Shown: piece after piece, positions 39,711 through 52,473 of the stretch | How positions within the stretch are numbered: position 1 is the stretch's first letter | Layout: each line of letters starts with the position of its first letter | Assembly (NCBI GenBank): GCA_951406725.2 | Contig: OX597815.1 | Location: 45,384,001 to 45,448,000 of the forward strand | Direction: 5' to 3' | Length of the DNA stretch: 64,000 nucleotides | Source of the DNA: Octopus vulgaris | Taxonomy: Eukaryota | Notes under the pieces: model-generated | What the model saw: the letters and a program-made list of their open reading frames with translations, nothing else | What the model was told of the DNA's origin: nothing | Database searches by the model: none | Made by a program: the position numbers and the translations under genes

Positions 39711-40050
39711 TTGGTGGTGGCAGGAGGAGGAGGAAGAAGAAGAGGATGATGATGGTGAAAGGCAAGAAATGAAAGGAGGAACGAACGAAGAAAGAAACGA
39801 AGAAAGAGAAGAAAAGGAAGAAAGGAGAACGGGAGGGAAGGAGAAAGAAAGAAAGAAAGAAAGAACAATGATCGATGCTTATCGTGATGATAATGATGAT
39901 GATGATGACGACGATGATGATGATGACGACGACGATGATAAATATGATGACGGTAACAACGACGACAACGAGGTGGAGAAAAACAATAACAAATTTTTTT
40001 TTGATGAAGACGACATCATCATTATCAACAACAGCAACAGCAAAAAAAAA
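39624..40050. repeat. Compound trinucleotide/purine low-complexity tract (GTA, GAA, GAT, GAC)
   Basis: Directly visible. Confidence 0.85.
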
Positions 40051-40524
40051 AACTAAGATGTTGGCTTAAAGAAAAAGAAACAAGCAGAAAAGAAACAATA
40101 ATAAATCGAAAGTTGGTTAATCGGATTAGTTTGTATTAATCAATCTTGTGTCTACGTCTTTGTATGATGTGACTGATCTACAACTTTAGAAGTTAAATGA
40201 ATACATCGGCCTCTTTTAATTGAGCAGTCTCTAAGCCTGTGTTTCAGTATCATTTACAGACAATGGCTAAATACAAGTGAACTATAAGCGGTCTTCAACG
40301 CCAACCAATGAGGTGAGGCCCTTTAACGTGATCGCATAAACCTACAAGGAAAACAGCGGTGAAATTTCTCCATGTCTTGAACAAAAACAAAAATATAGAG
40401 TGAGACGTTGGATTCAAATAGTAATGGATACAATTTTGTCAAAAGTAAATACGTGAAGGTCATGACTGGAACCGTATTTGATCGATAGTACACTAATTCG
40501 ATTTTATACCGAGCTAAGAGCAAC

Positions 40525-40856
40525 CTAATTTTCTTCATACCACATCATACAGTCATGAAAAAATATGGCAGGACACGTTGAAATAACGTAGTGCAGGGCA
40601 CACTACGTCTAATCAAGGTAAAAAAAGAATGGGATAGTAACAGCTTGCAACTAAATTTTCTTCATATCACATTCTACCGCCAGGAAAAATATGGAAGGAC
40701 ACGTTGAAATAACGCAGTCCCGGGTACGCTATGTCTAAAAACAAAAGTCAAAAAGCAGACGGGATCGTTACAGCTAGCACGTATATTTTCTTCCTGTCAT
40801 GAAAAATATGGAGGGACGCGCTGAAATAATGTAGTCCAGGGTACACCATGTGTAAA
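40525..40856. repeat. Three diverged ~110-127-bp tandem units
   Basis: TTTTCTTC..GAAAAATATGG(C/A)AGGAC(A/G)CG(T/C)TGAAATAA(C/T)G(T/C)AGT..GGG(C/T)AC repeated three times. Confidence 0.8.
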
Positions 40857-41472
40857 AAGAGTAAATAAAGAACAAGATAGTTACGGCCGAAACGCTCAAT
40901 CAGACATATAGTGCGGAAATAAACGACAGCTATTTCGATAGAACTCACATTACACGCACCTCGCACAACAGAACATATATTAATATAACAAAATACAAGA
41001 AACAAGTAACTAAGCCCTATAAAACAAACTGGTGCAGTACATCAATATGAGGAACCTAAACTATCCCCAAACCAAACAAAAACAACATAATTCTGGATAC
41101 ACACCTCATGAACACGGAGGTGCTCCCCAGAAGGTGCTATAGAAATACGCATGAAACTAACGAAGAAAAACATAGTGATAATAATAATAATACTATATCT
41201 GCATTCTGTTAGTTTCATAACGTGAATTAATCGAAATCGTAAAAAAAGGGTGTTGAAGAAATCATATATTTCTTCTAGTGTATTTTTAACTATAACTTTT
41301 ATGCAACTGGATATAGCAGACAACTATTGTATCACATGGGGAGCAAAATAGACTGGCTTTATTCTGGTATGTTGATATTGATTTTAAAAATTGTTTAATT
41401 TTATTATTTTATGCTTTTATTTGTGTTTATTTTTTAATTTTATTTCCGGTTATACAAATTCCAAATGCATAC

Positions 41473-41534
<62 letters not shown>

Positions 41535-42429
41535 AGCAATCATCATCGTCTGGTAGTGTATTCTCGGTAAGTCGAATATCATGAGGATCGCTCCAATATT
41601 ATTCATCGTTAACTACAAGTACACGGTAGGATTCCAAACCTTTCAACAGAGGCTGATAGGCCGTAGTGGGATTTAAATTCAAATTGTAAGAAACCGGAAT
41701 AAATAACACCAAGCATCTCTCCCAGCTCTCTAACGATTCCCTCCCTTCCACCGCTCCAGCTTGGAACTTTATATATCAACCCCGAAAGGACGAATGGTAA
41801 AGTCGACATCGGTACGATTTGAACCACAACACAGAGACCTAGAAATAATACGTAATGCATTTTGTCCAATGCTCTAATATTTCTGCCAATCAACTAACCA
41901 CTTTAATTACATTCAATGCAATGAACCAAAGAGGAGATAACTTGTAAGTGTCCTCCCAATCAACTAGAAGTAAATTGGCAGTCTCACTCAGTCAAATTCC
42001 AATGTACCATCGTAAAGAAACTAAGACAATGCGAACGGGGCTAGAGCGTCGTTTTATCCTAGATTAGCTCATTGAGAGCAAACATGGAGGCTAAACAACA
42101 ACGTTGTTCCGGCTCTTAGAGCACAGAATTCAAATCCTGCTGTGCTCAGTTTCGCCTTTCATTTTTTTCGAGACTGATATAATAAAGTGTTAGTTCACGT
42201 CAATGGACTGGCGGGATTATTTCAATGGTAGACGAAGTACCTTGTGGTATTTGTTCCAGTTCTTTGCATCCTGGGTTTCTGGGTGGTATACTTAATCCGT
42301 TACTTACTTTAATGCCGCCAACATGTCCTTGCAGGCTTTTAGTGGGGTTTACTCTCTTGCACCAAGTCTGGCATTTGGCTCTATGCTTTCAGAGTTCAAA
42401 TATTAAATGTGGTTATATATGAGAGATTG

Positions 42430-42770
42430 TTGTTTGATCCCGTATCATACTTCTCGAAATCTGGGGCCAGAGTCAAAACCCAAGAGGGTGCTCCTTGACT
42501 GCTCACGTAATGAGCGATGAAGCATAAACGTTTGGTTTGGGGTTTTAGTCATATTGGTCTTTCGATAGCTGAACATCTGCGCACGCCACAATTACAGAGG
42601 GTAACAATAGTTCGCTAACTGAACTGGTTGATCCTGCCGATCAATTTGTAAAAACACTGGATATCAAGTTGTAGATATGAAGACTGCTATGGAAGATTGG
42701 AACATCTGGTGTGAAATATCAATAGTTACATTGTTCCAAACAGGTTGACCGACCTGGTAGAATAGATGCT
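42430..42770 (+). mobile_element. RTE-like LINE 3' end relic
   Basis: Broken frame ..HLRTP../DQFVKTLD../KTAMEDWNIWCEI resembles RTE ORF C-termini. Confidence 0.5.
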
Positions 42771-43065
42771 CTGTTGCAAGCACTTAGCCAAGTCTCCGTT
42801 TTGAGGATGACTTTCTCCCTCCCTCTTTGGCACCAATCTCATACCATCTGATAAATACAAATGGTCATTGCTATTACACTACATGATGAAGAGATAAAAA
42901 AAAACGCATAAATACATTGATGTGTGTAGATAGCTATGTATCAACACACCACCTACATTGTCGTATACACATCAATATTTCGGTTAGTAACGTACGTACA
43001 AATAAACGTATAGATAGACACAAATATGATACAGATGTGCACAGACATATACATACATGTATGTG

Positions 43066-43105
<40 letters not shown>

Positions 43106-43267
43106 TTCAAATTACTATGAACTTAAACAAACAAACGAAGTTTGCTTTAGAAGCGTTGAGACGTCTTAGAAAGTTAAAGAAGTGATTTTAAATTCTCAAA
43201 CGCAGGATAATGCTAATAATATAGCCTGAACAGAATATGCTACTCCTATTTTTGCAGAAAAATGTGT

Positions 43268-43347
43268 TGGCGGCCGGCTATGAGACTCGAACTCACACTT
43301 CCGTGATTTCGCGTCGCGGTCCTCTAAATCTTTAAGCTAAACCGCCC
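43268..43347 (-). other. tRNA-like sequence (SINE head or tRNA pseudogene) bracketed by inverted repeats
   Basis: GGCGGTTTAGCT..CCGCGA-CGCGAAA-TCACGG..GTGAG-TTCGAGT-CTCAT..GCCGCCA; flanks 43251-43270 and 43351-43369 are complementary. Confidence 0.6.
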
Positions 43348-43799
43348 ACACCACACATTCTTCTGCAAATTTAAGATATATAGAAATCTCGCTTTATGAG
43401 ACGCTATCATACGTTGACATAGACATATAGATAAAGATCATGTACACATGCTGCACTGTTTTTTACTTTTATTGTTGCTGTCATTGTGGTTATCTCATCC
43501 CAAGTTAACCTAGCTAACGTCTTACTGCCGTAACTGCAGGGTAGTCACGCCAGAAACAACTTTTCAAGAATAACGCATCTAAACTAGATTCAATGTGTCC
43601 TTCCTTTTTTTAAGACATTGCGGTTTGATGAAGTAGACTTTGTTACTATTTCTAATAGGCCAAGTGATTACATAGAGGTTCCTTAATTGGCTTGTACTCA
43701 CTCATTTGCTAGAGATGATATGTTATTATTGTTGTTTAGCCTATGGTCAATTATTATCGAGTAGAACTAGCAAAGAAATTTCAGTCGTTGCCATCCTGA

Positions 43800-44525
43800 T
43801 TGAAAATCTTTTTGAAAAAGAATTCTGACAGATATTTAAGCTCTCGGAGTTTAAACAGCCATAATATTAACAATAATAACATTTGTTGGTCCATAATAGA
43901 ATACGCATCCTACATTAATTGTTCCAGAAAATGTGATCTATGTTTATCAGAGAAGTATAACATTTTACTACAGCTTCATGAAATCTTGAAGAAAATATCG
44001 GAATTGATCCAAGGCACATAATTGTTGCGAAATGTAGCAGATTTGGCGACCACGCAGAGGCTACCTTGGGTATCACAGGTACAAAAAAATCCATGATTCA
44101 ACCCATCTAGAAATTGAGTCCTGAATACATCTATGATGTTCCGATATATATGATGTGATGAGTTAGATTTCTCTATTATACATCACTATGTAATATACAA
44201 TTGTATTATATAGTACCATACGCACCTATTATAAAAAGTACGCATTAATTTGGAATGCTAAAATTAATGATACTATATTGAAAAGATTACGAAACGGTTG
44301 TGATCAAATGGAAATAATAAATCTGTATTCACTTCTAGTATCTACTGATTTTATGATTATTATTTGTCCCTCATGGAAATATTTACATTTGTATGACCTG
44401 GATATTCGGTTGCATGGTCAAGCTAAACTACATCGTAATTCAATTGCTATATAAACTGATTGCCGATTTCTTGTGAGGGTTATTACTGTGAGTTAGGTTT
44501 GATTCGCTAAATCCATTTTTGTACT
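43800..44525 (+). mobile_element. Penelope-like element 3' relic (GIY-YIG C-terminal part and 3' tail)
   Basis: ICWSIIEYASYINCSRKCDLCLSEKYNIL matches the W..I..A..Y..CxLCLxEK motif at the end of PLE endonucleases; degenerate hammerhead-like ATGATA..TACGAAAC at ~44267-44295; abuts (TA)n. Confidence 0.65.
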
Positions 44526-44541
44526 ATAATTATATGTATGC

Positions 44542-44589
<48 letters not shown>

Positions 44590-45033
44590 CAGTACTGGGA
44601 GAATAAGAACGGAACGAAGCGAACGAATCGAATCGAACCGACGCGAGGGCGCTGTCAAACAATAGTGTAATAAATAAAATATATGCATACATACAAACAT
44701 ATATGTACGTTCCTACATCTACATGTATATATACATGCATATATAAATATATATACATGAGTACAGGACATACTACACAAGGAAAAATCCCCTTCATCAG
44801 CTGTCACTAGTTCGACTCTAGCGTGTTTCGAAAGCAAGACAGAACACAACTCGCCAAAATAATCCTTCCTACGAGAGAATTAAAATAAAATTACCTCGCA
44901 GAGGGGTAAAAACAAGCAAGAAAAAAATATAACACAAACAGGACGTAAAAACGATACAAATAAAACTACAAAATAAAATACAAGATAAAAATACATGTAC
45001 AAGAAAATACAATACGAGAAATAAAAATAAACA

Positions 45034-45036
<3 letters not shown>
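44590..45036 (-). mobile_element. Penelope-like terminal repeat relic between (TA)n and (TG)n
   Basis: Minus strand has GAAACACGCUAGAG followed by CUGAUGAAGG (44794-44831); helices incomplete. Confidence 0.4.
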
Positions 45037-45109
<73 letters not shown>

Positions 45110-46002
45110 TTTTAATAACTGTTTGACTCTGTTCCATACGACTTAGTTTCGTGGGCACGTACACCAGCAATCTCATCAAATATCAACAGAAGAGTATCGA
45201 TTTTGAGATAAATTCGAGGTGGACTCTAAGTATTAGGCCTCTGTTGGTCAGGTCAAGTCACAACTCCTTGCAAACATCTTGTCCGATTTACCTGGGCCTA
45301 GAAATAAAGAAAATAACTAGTGTCACCTCCACGGCATTAACACTACACGAACTGAGATTATCAAGGTCCAACACTTAGAATCCATTTCGAATTTGTCTCA
45401 GATCCTTTAATCTTCTCCCGTCCTATGCGATCGCAGAAATGTTAAGCCATATGGAGCTGAGTCAAACTGTTATTAAAAAATGTATGTAACTCCTATCAAA
45501 TGTGTTGAGTGCCACTTTCGTTTGTCCACTCACTGGTATGTATGTATGTATGTATGTATGTATGTATGTATGTATGTATGTATGTATGTATGTATGTATG
45601 TATGTTTATGTATGTATGTGTTTATGTATGCACATTCTTTCTCTCTCCCTCTCTCATTCTCTTATCAACGACTAGCATTATGACCCGTCGTTGCCGGGTC
45701 ATAGTGCTAGTGCATGTATATATGTGTATATATATATATGTACATATTACATGTACATCTATATATATACATCTACACATAAAATACAAAATACAAAGTT
45801 ATATCTTGATATCGCTAGTGATAACGATACTCAAAACATATAACAGACTGGAATTGTAGGCCCGTCTCTTGCAATTTCGATCAATTGTACCTTGTCCTCC
45901 CTCTTGTATAGAAGTGTGGCTACAATCCATGGGGGGGGGGGGGCATTTTAAATTTTTATCCGAGACGTCCTACATACACATACATACACATATATACATA
46001 TA

Positions 46003-46167
46003 TACGACGGGCTTCTTTCAGTTTCCGTCTACCAAATCCACTTACAAGGCTTTGGTCGGCCCGAGGCTATAGTAGAAGACACTTGCCCAAGGTGCCACGC
46101 AGTGGGAATGAACTCGGAACTATGTGGTTGGTAAGCAAGCTACTTACCACACACCCACTCCTGCGCC
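46003..46167 (-). mobile_element. SINE family B 5' half
   Basis: ACGACGGGCTTCTTTCAGTTTCCGTCTACC..ACACCCACTCCTGCGCC. Confidence 0.9.
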
Positions 46168-46189
46168 TTAATTATTAAAATGATTAGTA

Positions 46190-46560
46190 GCCGGCGACCG
46201 CCAAGATTGACATTGCCTTTTATCCTTTCGGAGTCGATAAAATAAGAAACAGTTGAACACTGGTGTCGATGTAATCGACTAGCCTCCCCCCCCCCCCAAC
46301 TCCCCAACTCCTCCAAAATGTCAGACATTGTGCCTTTAGTAGAAAGAATTATTAGTAATCGGCAAGCTAACAGAATCGTTAGCATGCGGGACAAAATGCT
46401 TAGTGACGTTTCTTCAAGTTTTATGTTCTGGGTGGACTGGCTCTGACTTTCCTTCATTCGGGATCGATAAAATATGTATCACTTGAGCACTGGAGTAGAT
46501 ATAATTGACTAGCCCCCTGCCTCAAAATTTCAGGCCTTGTGTTTATAGTAGAAAGTATAT
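46190..46560 (+). mobile_element. Two adjacent degenerate SINE family A copies
   Basis: GCCTTTTATCCTTTCGGAGTCGATAAAATAAG and CTTTCCTTCATTCGGGATCGATAAAATATG cores. Confidence 0.7.
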
Positions 46561-47181
46561 ATTAAATGTTACTTGTTTTGATAAAATAATTCAATAAGTT
46601 TTGTAATTATGTATTTAATTTCTTTTCTTTTTTTCTTTTTTTTATTCATTTATAGGAGTTTGGTTTCGAATCCAAGAACTATTCATAAATTTACTTGTTA
46701 AACAAATTTATCATCACCGATGTAATACCTTATACAATGGGTTGTATTACAGAATAAATACAGAAATGTCTAAATGTAACAAAATTAATTCTACTCGTCG
46801 GCATGAGAAATTACAAAATATTATGAACAAAATGTAACTTAAGAAGACACACTTTTAAAAATGGTACTTTAAAAACTTATAATGACTGACAAGAGAATAT
46901 GTCTGTGTTATCAAATTTCAGTTAGTTTTGCCTGGAGATTAATAAATTGAAATGGGGAAAATAAGAATGTTTTTTTGTTAAGAAAAAAACTATAGAAATA
47001 CTTGATGAAACAGACGTTTATATTATGTGTTTATACTACAATATATAACATGATGTATTATAAAAATATTTTTATGCGTATAAAATTTTATGAAGAAGTG
47101 AAAGCAAAATCAGAGTAATCAGGAATATTTGGAGAAAAAGCAAAGTTTAGAAATCTAAAGAGACGAGACATACATACATAC

Positions 47182-47242
<61 letters not shown>

Positions 47243-47296
47243 TATATATATATATATACATACATACATACATACATACATACATACATACATACA

Positions 47297-47328
<32 letters not shown>

Positions 47329-48843
47329 CATCTTATTGATTTTACCATCATTTGAAAAGACTGTAGCAATTGAAAAGAGGAATTACAATATATGTCACAG
47401 TTTAATCGGATTAGCTTTGAAAGTCTAATCACACTTTCCGGGTGGTCTGTCTGGTTTCTTTTCCAGACAGAATGAAACATTGAAGGAAATAGTAAAAAGA
47501 AGAGATTATAAAAATATGGTTTCATTATTGATAATATCGATCCTATAATTACCGTCTAATTCCTGGAGTGACGTCTTACGCAAACAGCACTGTTTTTACA
47601 AGGTAAACACGGAATTGAAAAATAAAGGAGGTGGATGAAGACAAATCCGATTTCTATATTCAGATTTTCATAAACATAATTTTGAACATAACAACCTTCG
47701 TAGATGGAATACCTTGCTATATATAAACCAACAAATGAGTTTCTACATGTCGCTCGACTTCCTTATAATCTTCCTCTCTCAAATCACATCATACCACCTT
47801 AAAAAGAAGAGACATTGGATTACCTAGTCCATGATATATTATTTCAAAAAGAACAGACGGCCACAATTGGGATATATTTTATCGTAAGTATCCTGAATCG
47901 GCATTGGGCTAAGACTAAACAGTAACAATAATTTCAATGGATAAGATGCATGTTACATTCTGCACAACATAGAGCCGTTCAAGAATTTGGACCTGGAGAT
48001 CTCCATTTCCAGCGACTTCGAGGGCCACCTCCCAGTGGTGTCGGGCGTCAACGAAGAGCCCTCGACTACAACAAGACGACCAAAGATTTTATTCTTTTTT
48101 TCTTTCCAAGGTCTGGGATCTCCCGCCCCAAAGCCCTAGACCATCACCTAATCACCCTTACCCGTCTTGTTTAACAACAGCAAGTACAACATAGACCCTG
48201 TTCTAGCTACAGATGGTTCAAAGCTCATTATTTGTCCTTTCATCTCATTTTACAACATTCATTTTATAGTTGACAAGATAGTACATACATACGTACATAC
48301 ATTCACACACACACATATGCATACATATATACATACATACATTGAGTAGCTTCGTCAATATTGTGCACGCGTGGACGTGTTTGCCTAAAGTTAATCCCCA
48401 AAAAAGATTTATTAATGTGAATTTTATAAAAACCAACTAACACATGATCACAGTTCGCTTCCTAACGTTAACCCACATCCTACTAATTCTCGTCTTGATC
48501 ATTTACATCACTGTCATCTTTATCAACAACAACAACAGCAACATCATTCATTAGCTACTTAGGTCACTTAATTAACTCCCTTGTTTCCTTACATTTTTCA
48601 AAATCTCTTGAGCATGCATTTCCCTTATAATAAAAATTTTGTCTTTGCCGCTCATTATTTCAATTTCTCATTTCTTGAGAAAGAAAATAATAAACGCGAA
48701 CTGGAAGGATTAAAAAAAATTACCTCCAAATACATGTTTCGATGAAACAAATACTGGAGCAATATTAATTTTTGGTGTATGCTCAAAGACAATACTTACA
48801 CATTGTTTCAAATGGAAGGTAAGAAGAATGTTTTAATGACAAA

Positions 48844-50499
48844 ATGATTATACGGAAAAATATTAAACGAGATGACACCATCTTGAAAGCAAAGAATCGA
48901 CTAGAAGATTCGAATCTTGAGGTCCGTTTACGACTGATGCAGCGAGATACTGAACAAAAAAAACTTCGTCTTGAGCGGCAAATTGATCAGATACTAGATT
49001 TCCAACAAAAGTGCAAGCGAACTAGTGGTGATAGTATAGAAATATACAAAGATTTGGTGCTCAATTCTCATTCAAGTTGTATTTTACCCCCCATTGATTC
49101 CGATACAAAATCAGCTCCTTTCAACGACAATATCCCTTCTAAACTTAACCCTTCATCTAAAGATAATTTATCACAGAATCTCACAAAGATGTCACCAGAA
49201 TATGCAAAACGGCCCAAATTGACAACAAATCAACCGAATACAAATAATGCTCAAAAGCAAAGCTTTCTAAATTCTCAAAGCATTGAATCAGATAAAATAA
49301 AACGAACCAAGTATCTAGAATCGTTTAACAGTTGGGTAAATCGTCGAACAGTATGCTCAGACCAAAAGGATGTGCCAAGCAAATCGATGTATAAAATTGT
49401 CTCCAGTATGAAAAGCTTTAAAACATGCGCTAATAATCTAAATTCAAGCAATTCCAATGACGGTCCAACAGTTACATGCGCTACTCAAGTTGACATGGAC
49501 AGACATGTGCCGAAACCACTGAAGCGCAATCGTGATATTGAACCTGTGAAAGATTCTTTACTAAATAAACATCTCCCACTACTTTCAGACACACAAACAT
49601 CACTGATTAATGTTAAGCTAAAGATGAAAAGCAATGACAAGGAATCAAAGAATATATTGAAGAAAACTACTGACATGTCTTCAGCTACCCAAGATAAACC
49701 AAGAAAGTCAAAAATTAACATAGGGCAAAAAAACACTTTGACTTCACACTCTTTGGAGATCAACAACAAATTTGACACATACAAAAATTTGATAAACTTA
49801 GGTAAATCCCTGAAGCCTATTGAACAAATACGAACACGAAATGCACCAATAGCTCGACATGTGTTTAGTAAATCCCGCGATTCTGCTGAAGCGGCAGCCA
49901 TTATTGCACAAATTAGCTCTGAATTAAACATACAACATCCATTTGTCTCCGGTGAAAGTGATTTAGAATTTACACAGCAAATGAACGGCGATAAACAGAA
50001 AACTACGCTCTGCAATACTAAACTACAAGATATAAATTATCGTCAGCATCGTTTCAGGCAGAAAGGAATGTTTCAACCTGAGCACTTATCAAATAGTGAT
50101 ATGTCGGATGATTCTTGCTCTCAATCATCGATAAGTGAAGACAGTAATTACATTATGTACAAAGGATATAAATTAAAGAATTATATAAAACCACAAGAAC
50201 GTTTCAGAATAGACCAGGTGTCAATGATTCACAAAAAGAAACAACTTTTGCTAAAGCTACTGCGAAACCGACCTTCTGATCCCCAGAGAAATTCCCTTGA
50301 TCATAACTTTCTTACGATCGGATTGAACAATGCTGCTTTTACTGAGCCGGCCAAAGAGAAAGCCCTGGAAAGATTAGTCGAAGAAAATATGACTAAGTCA
50401 GTAGCACCACGGCCGGATATAGATCGATCTGAATTAGATACAAAGATAGAACAGTTTATGGAGTCGCTAGAAGGTAACTCTCATTATTGCCTTATTTGA
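48844..50499 (+). CDS. Uncharacterised 551-aa protein: predicted N-terminal coiled coil, long S/K/N-rich disordered middle, C-terminal helix
   Basis: 1656-bp uninterrupted ORF in repeat-free AT-rich sequence with no transposase or RT motifs; in-frame stop at 48820 upstream; heptad-like NRLEDSNLEVRLRLMQRDTEQKKLRLERQIDQILDFQQK. Confidence 0.8.
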   Translation: MIIRKNIKRDDTILKAKNRLEDSNLEVRLRLMQRDTEQKKLRLERQIDQILDFQQKCKRTSGDSIEIYKDLVLNSHSSCILPPIDSDTKSAPFNDNIPSKLNPSSKDNLSQNLTKMSPEYAKRPKLTTNQPNTNNAQKQSFLNSQSIESDKIKRTKYLESFNSWVNRRTVCSDQKDVPSKSMYKIVSSMKSFKTCANNLNSSNSNDGPTVTCATQVDMDRHVPKPLKRNRDIEPVKDSLLNKHLPLLSDTQTSLINVKLKMKSNDKESKNILKKTTDMSSATQDKPRKSKINIGQKNTLTSHSLEINNKFDTYKNLINLGKSLKPIEQIRTRNAPIARHVFSKSRDSAEAAAIIAQISSELNIQHPFVSGESDLEFTQQMNGDKQKTTLCNTKLQDINYRQHRFRQKGMFQPEHLSNSDMSDDSCSQSSISEDSNYIMYKGYKLKNYIKPQERFRIDQVSMIHKKKQLLLKLLRNRPSDPQRNSLDHNFLTIGLNNAAFTEPAKEKALERLVEENMTKSVAPRPDIDRSELDTKIEQFMESLEGNSHYCLI

Positions 50500-50906
50500 T
50501 GACGATGATGATGATGATGATGATTATTATTACGTCGACAACAATGATGACAACGACGACGACGACGACGACGACTACGACGATGATAACGTCGAAGACG
50601 ACAAGACAACGGCAACAAAAAGGTAAAAGAAAAAAGATGAGGATATAGATAGTTACGACAAAGCAGTTATCTTCCGTATTCAAAATTAGAACAGGACTTA
50701 ATATAACACAGTTGCAAGACGTTATGGATACAGCTTTTCTTCCCTATTTTGGAAACACAGCAAATTTGTAAACTTATCTCACTCATCTAACTACAATATG
50801 ATGGTGTACATATGTGAGGCGGGTTTAATGTATGCAGGTATACATATATACATTTATACATATGTGCACACACACGCGCGCACACACACACACACATACA
50901 TACACA

Positions 50907-51171
50907 CAGCAATGCCTCGATATACGAGTTAATTTGTTCCTGGAGAACGCTCGTAAAGCAGAGCAATATTTACTCATGGTGGCAATGACATTCTATGTCG
51001 TCATTTTATTCCATCGCTGTGTAGACGAATCAGAACCAGTGTTGCCACATGTTGCGACGTTGCCACAAGTTGCGACGTTGCCACACACACACAAAATGGT
51101 TTTTAACCTTTTTATATTTATTATAAAATAAAACTCGTAAACTCGGGGTCTCGTAAAGTGAGGCATTACTA
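50907..51171. mobile_element. pogo/Tigger-like MITE containing an 18-bp tandem repeat
   Basis: TIRs CAGCAATGCCTCGATATACGAG / CTCGTAAAGTGAGGCATTACTA; GTTGCCACAxGTTGCGAC x2.5 at 51041-51086. Confidence 0.65.
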
Positions 51172-51199
51172 TATGTATGTGTATGTTTGTATATATATG

Positions 51200-51298
<99 letters not shown>

Positions 51299-51318
51299 GT
51301 ACATATATATATATATAT

Positions 51319-51356
<38 letters not shown>

Positions 51357-51941
51357 TGTATATATTACATGAATAAGAGAATATGAGATACTGATAAAAC
51401 TGTGATTATGCATTTATAATACAAAACAAGCATGTACGTGCATTCATTATGTATAATTAAACCATGTCTATTTAAATAAACTTCAGCATTCTTATCTGAG
51501 TCATCAAATTTTTTTTGACAGTTTAGCTTTAGATAAAACAGCATTTAAATATATTTTAAATATCGTGTATAGAGGCACAGGTGTTTCAGCTAATACTGTT
51601 TAAATAGTGTTGGCATCAGAAAGATGATTGACAAAATCTACTTCAGAGTATACTGAACTCAGAATGTGAAGGGACATTACAAAAGACGGTAAGGCATTTC
51701 TCCTCTACTCAACTTGTTCTGCAACTTACCGCCATTTTAATTAGGACTTCTCATTTGGTAACATAGTAAATGTTCTCAAATCTTATGTAACAGTAATATA
51801 CTGCCTCTATTCAAGTAACTTTTTTTCTCTTATCAAAGCTGGAAGGATGAAAATCAACTGAACTTTCGATCGAATTTGAAGGTAATTTGGCTGGCTCTTA
51901 ACATAATAATTAATAATATTATTATTATTATCATTATAAAA

Positions 51942-52473
51942 TGTCCTGATGCAGTACCAGGTAGTGGCTCTCATAGCTTCTGATATTAACTGATTGGAAG
52001 TGTTATCCTGTACATTGTTTTGTCTTGGTAGCAAATATTCTGCTCAATACCACAGATTTGCTTGTCAGTTGTTTGACTTTAACCAGTTTAGCATTCCCTT
52101 AGTGGCTGACGATATGTGCATCTCTGATTGCAAGCAGAAGTAGTAGGGGAGCATCATAGCCATGTGTTGAGAAGGATTCTTTGGGGTTTGAATAATTCAC
52201 CTCTGGAAACATGGGTGTTCCGTTCAACATCCTTAAACAACCCTTATTCAGGGACCTTTTGAGCAGGATGGGTTACTCGACCAGAAGAAAATTCTAACTG
52301 GGCCCCACCTGCAAGATCATGTGCTGTTTATCTTGAAATGAGATCACCATGTCGCGCACATATGGATGTGATGCATGTGCCTGGTGTACCCTTATCAGAC
52401 GGGTAGTCAAAATGGGTATACTAGGCTTCGTATATTTTACCCCAGTGCCACTTTGATGGCATGCACTGCTCTC
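51942..52473 (+). mobile_element. Family D element, copy 3
   Basis: Reverse complement of 16839-17390; lacks the terminal TCACTC-(AAT)n. Confidence 0.85.

Noticed and set aside
40525-40856. CRISPR-like repeat-spacer pattern
   Set aside because: Units are long, diverged tandem duplicates in eukaryotic DNA with no cas genes
47340-47460. Possible minus-strand exon
   Set aside because: Weak splice signals and no recognisable peptide
49275-50015. Antisense ORFs inside the 551-aa gene
   Set aside because: Shadow frames of the + strand CDS
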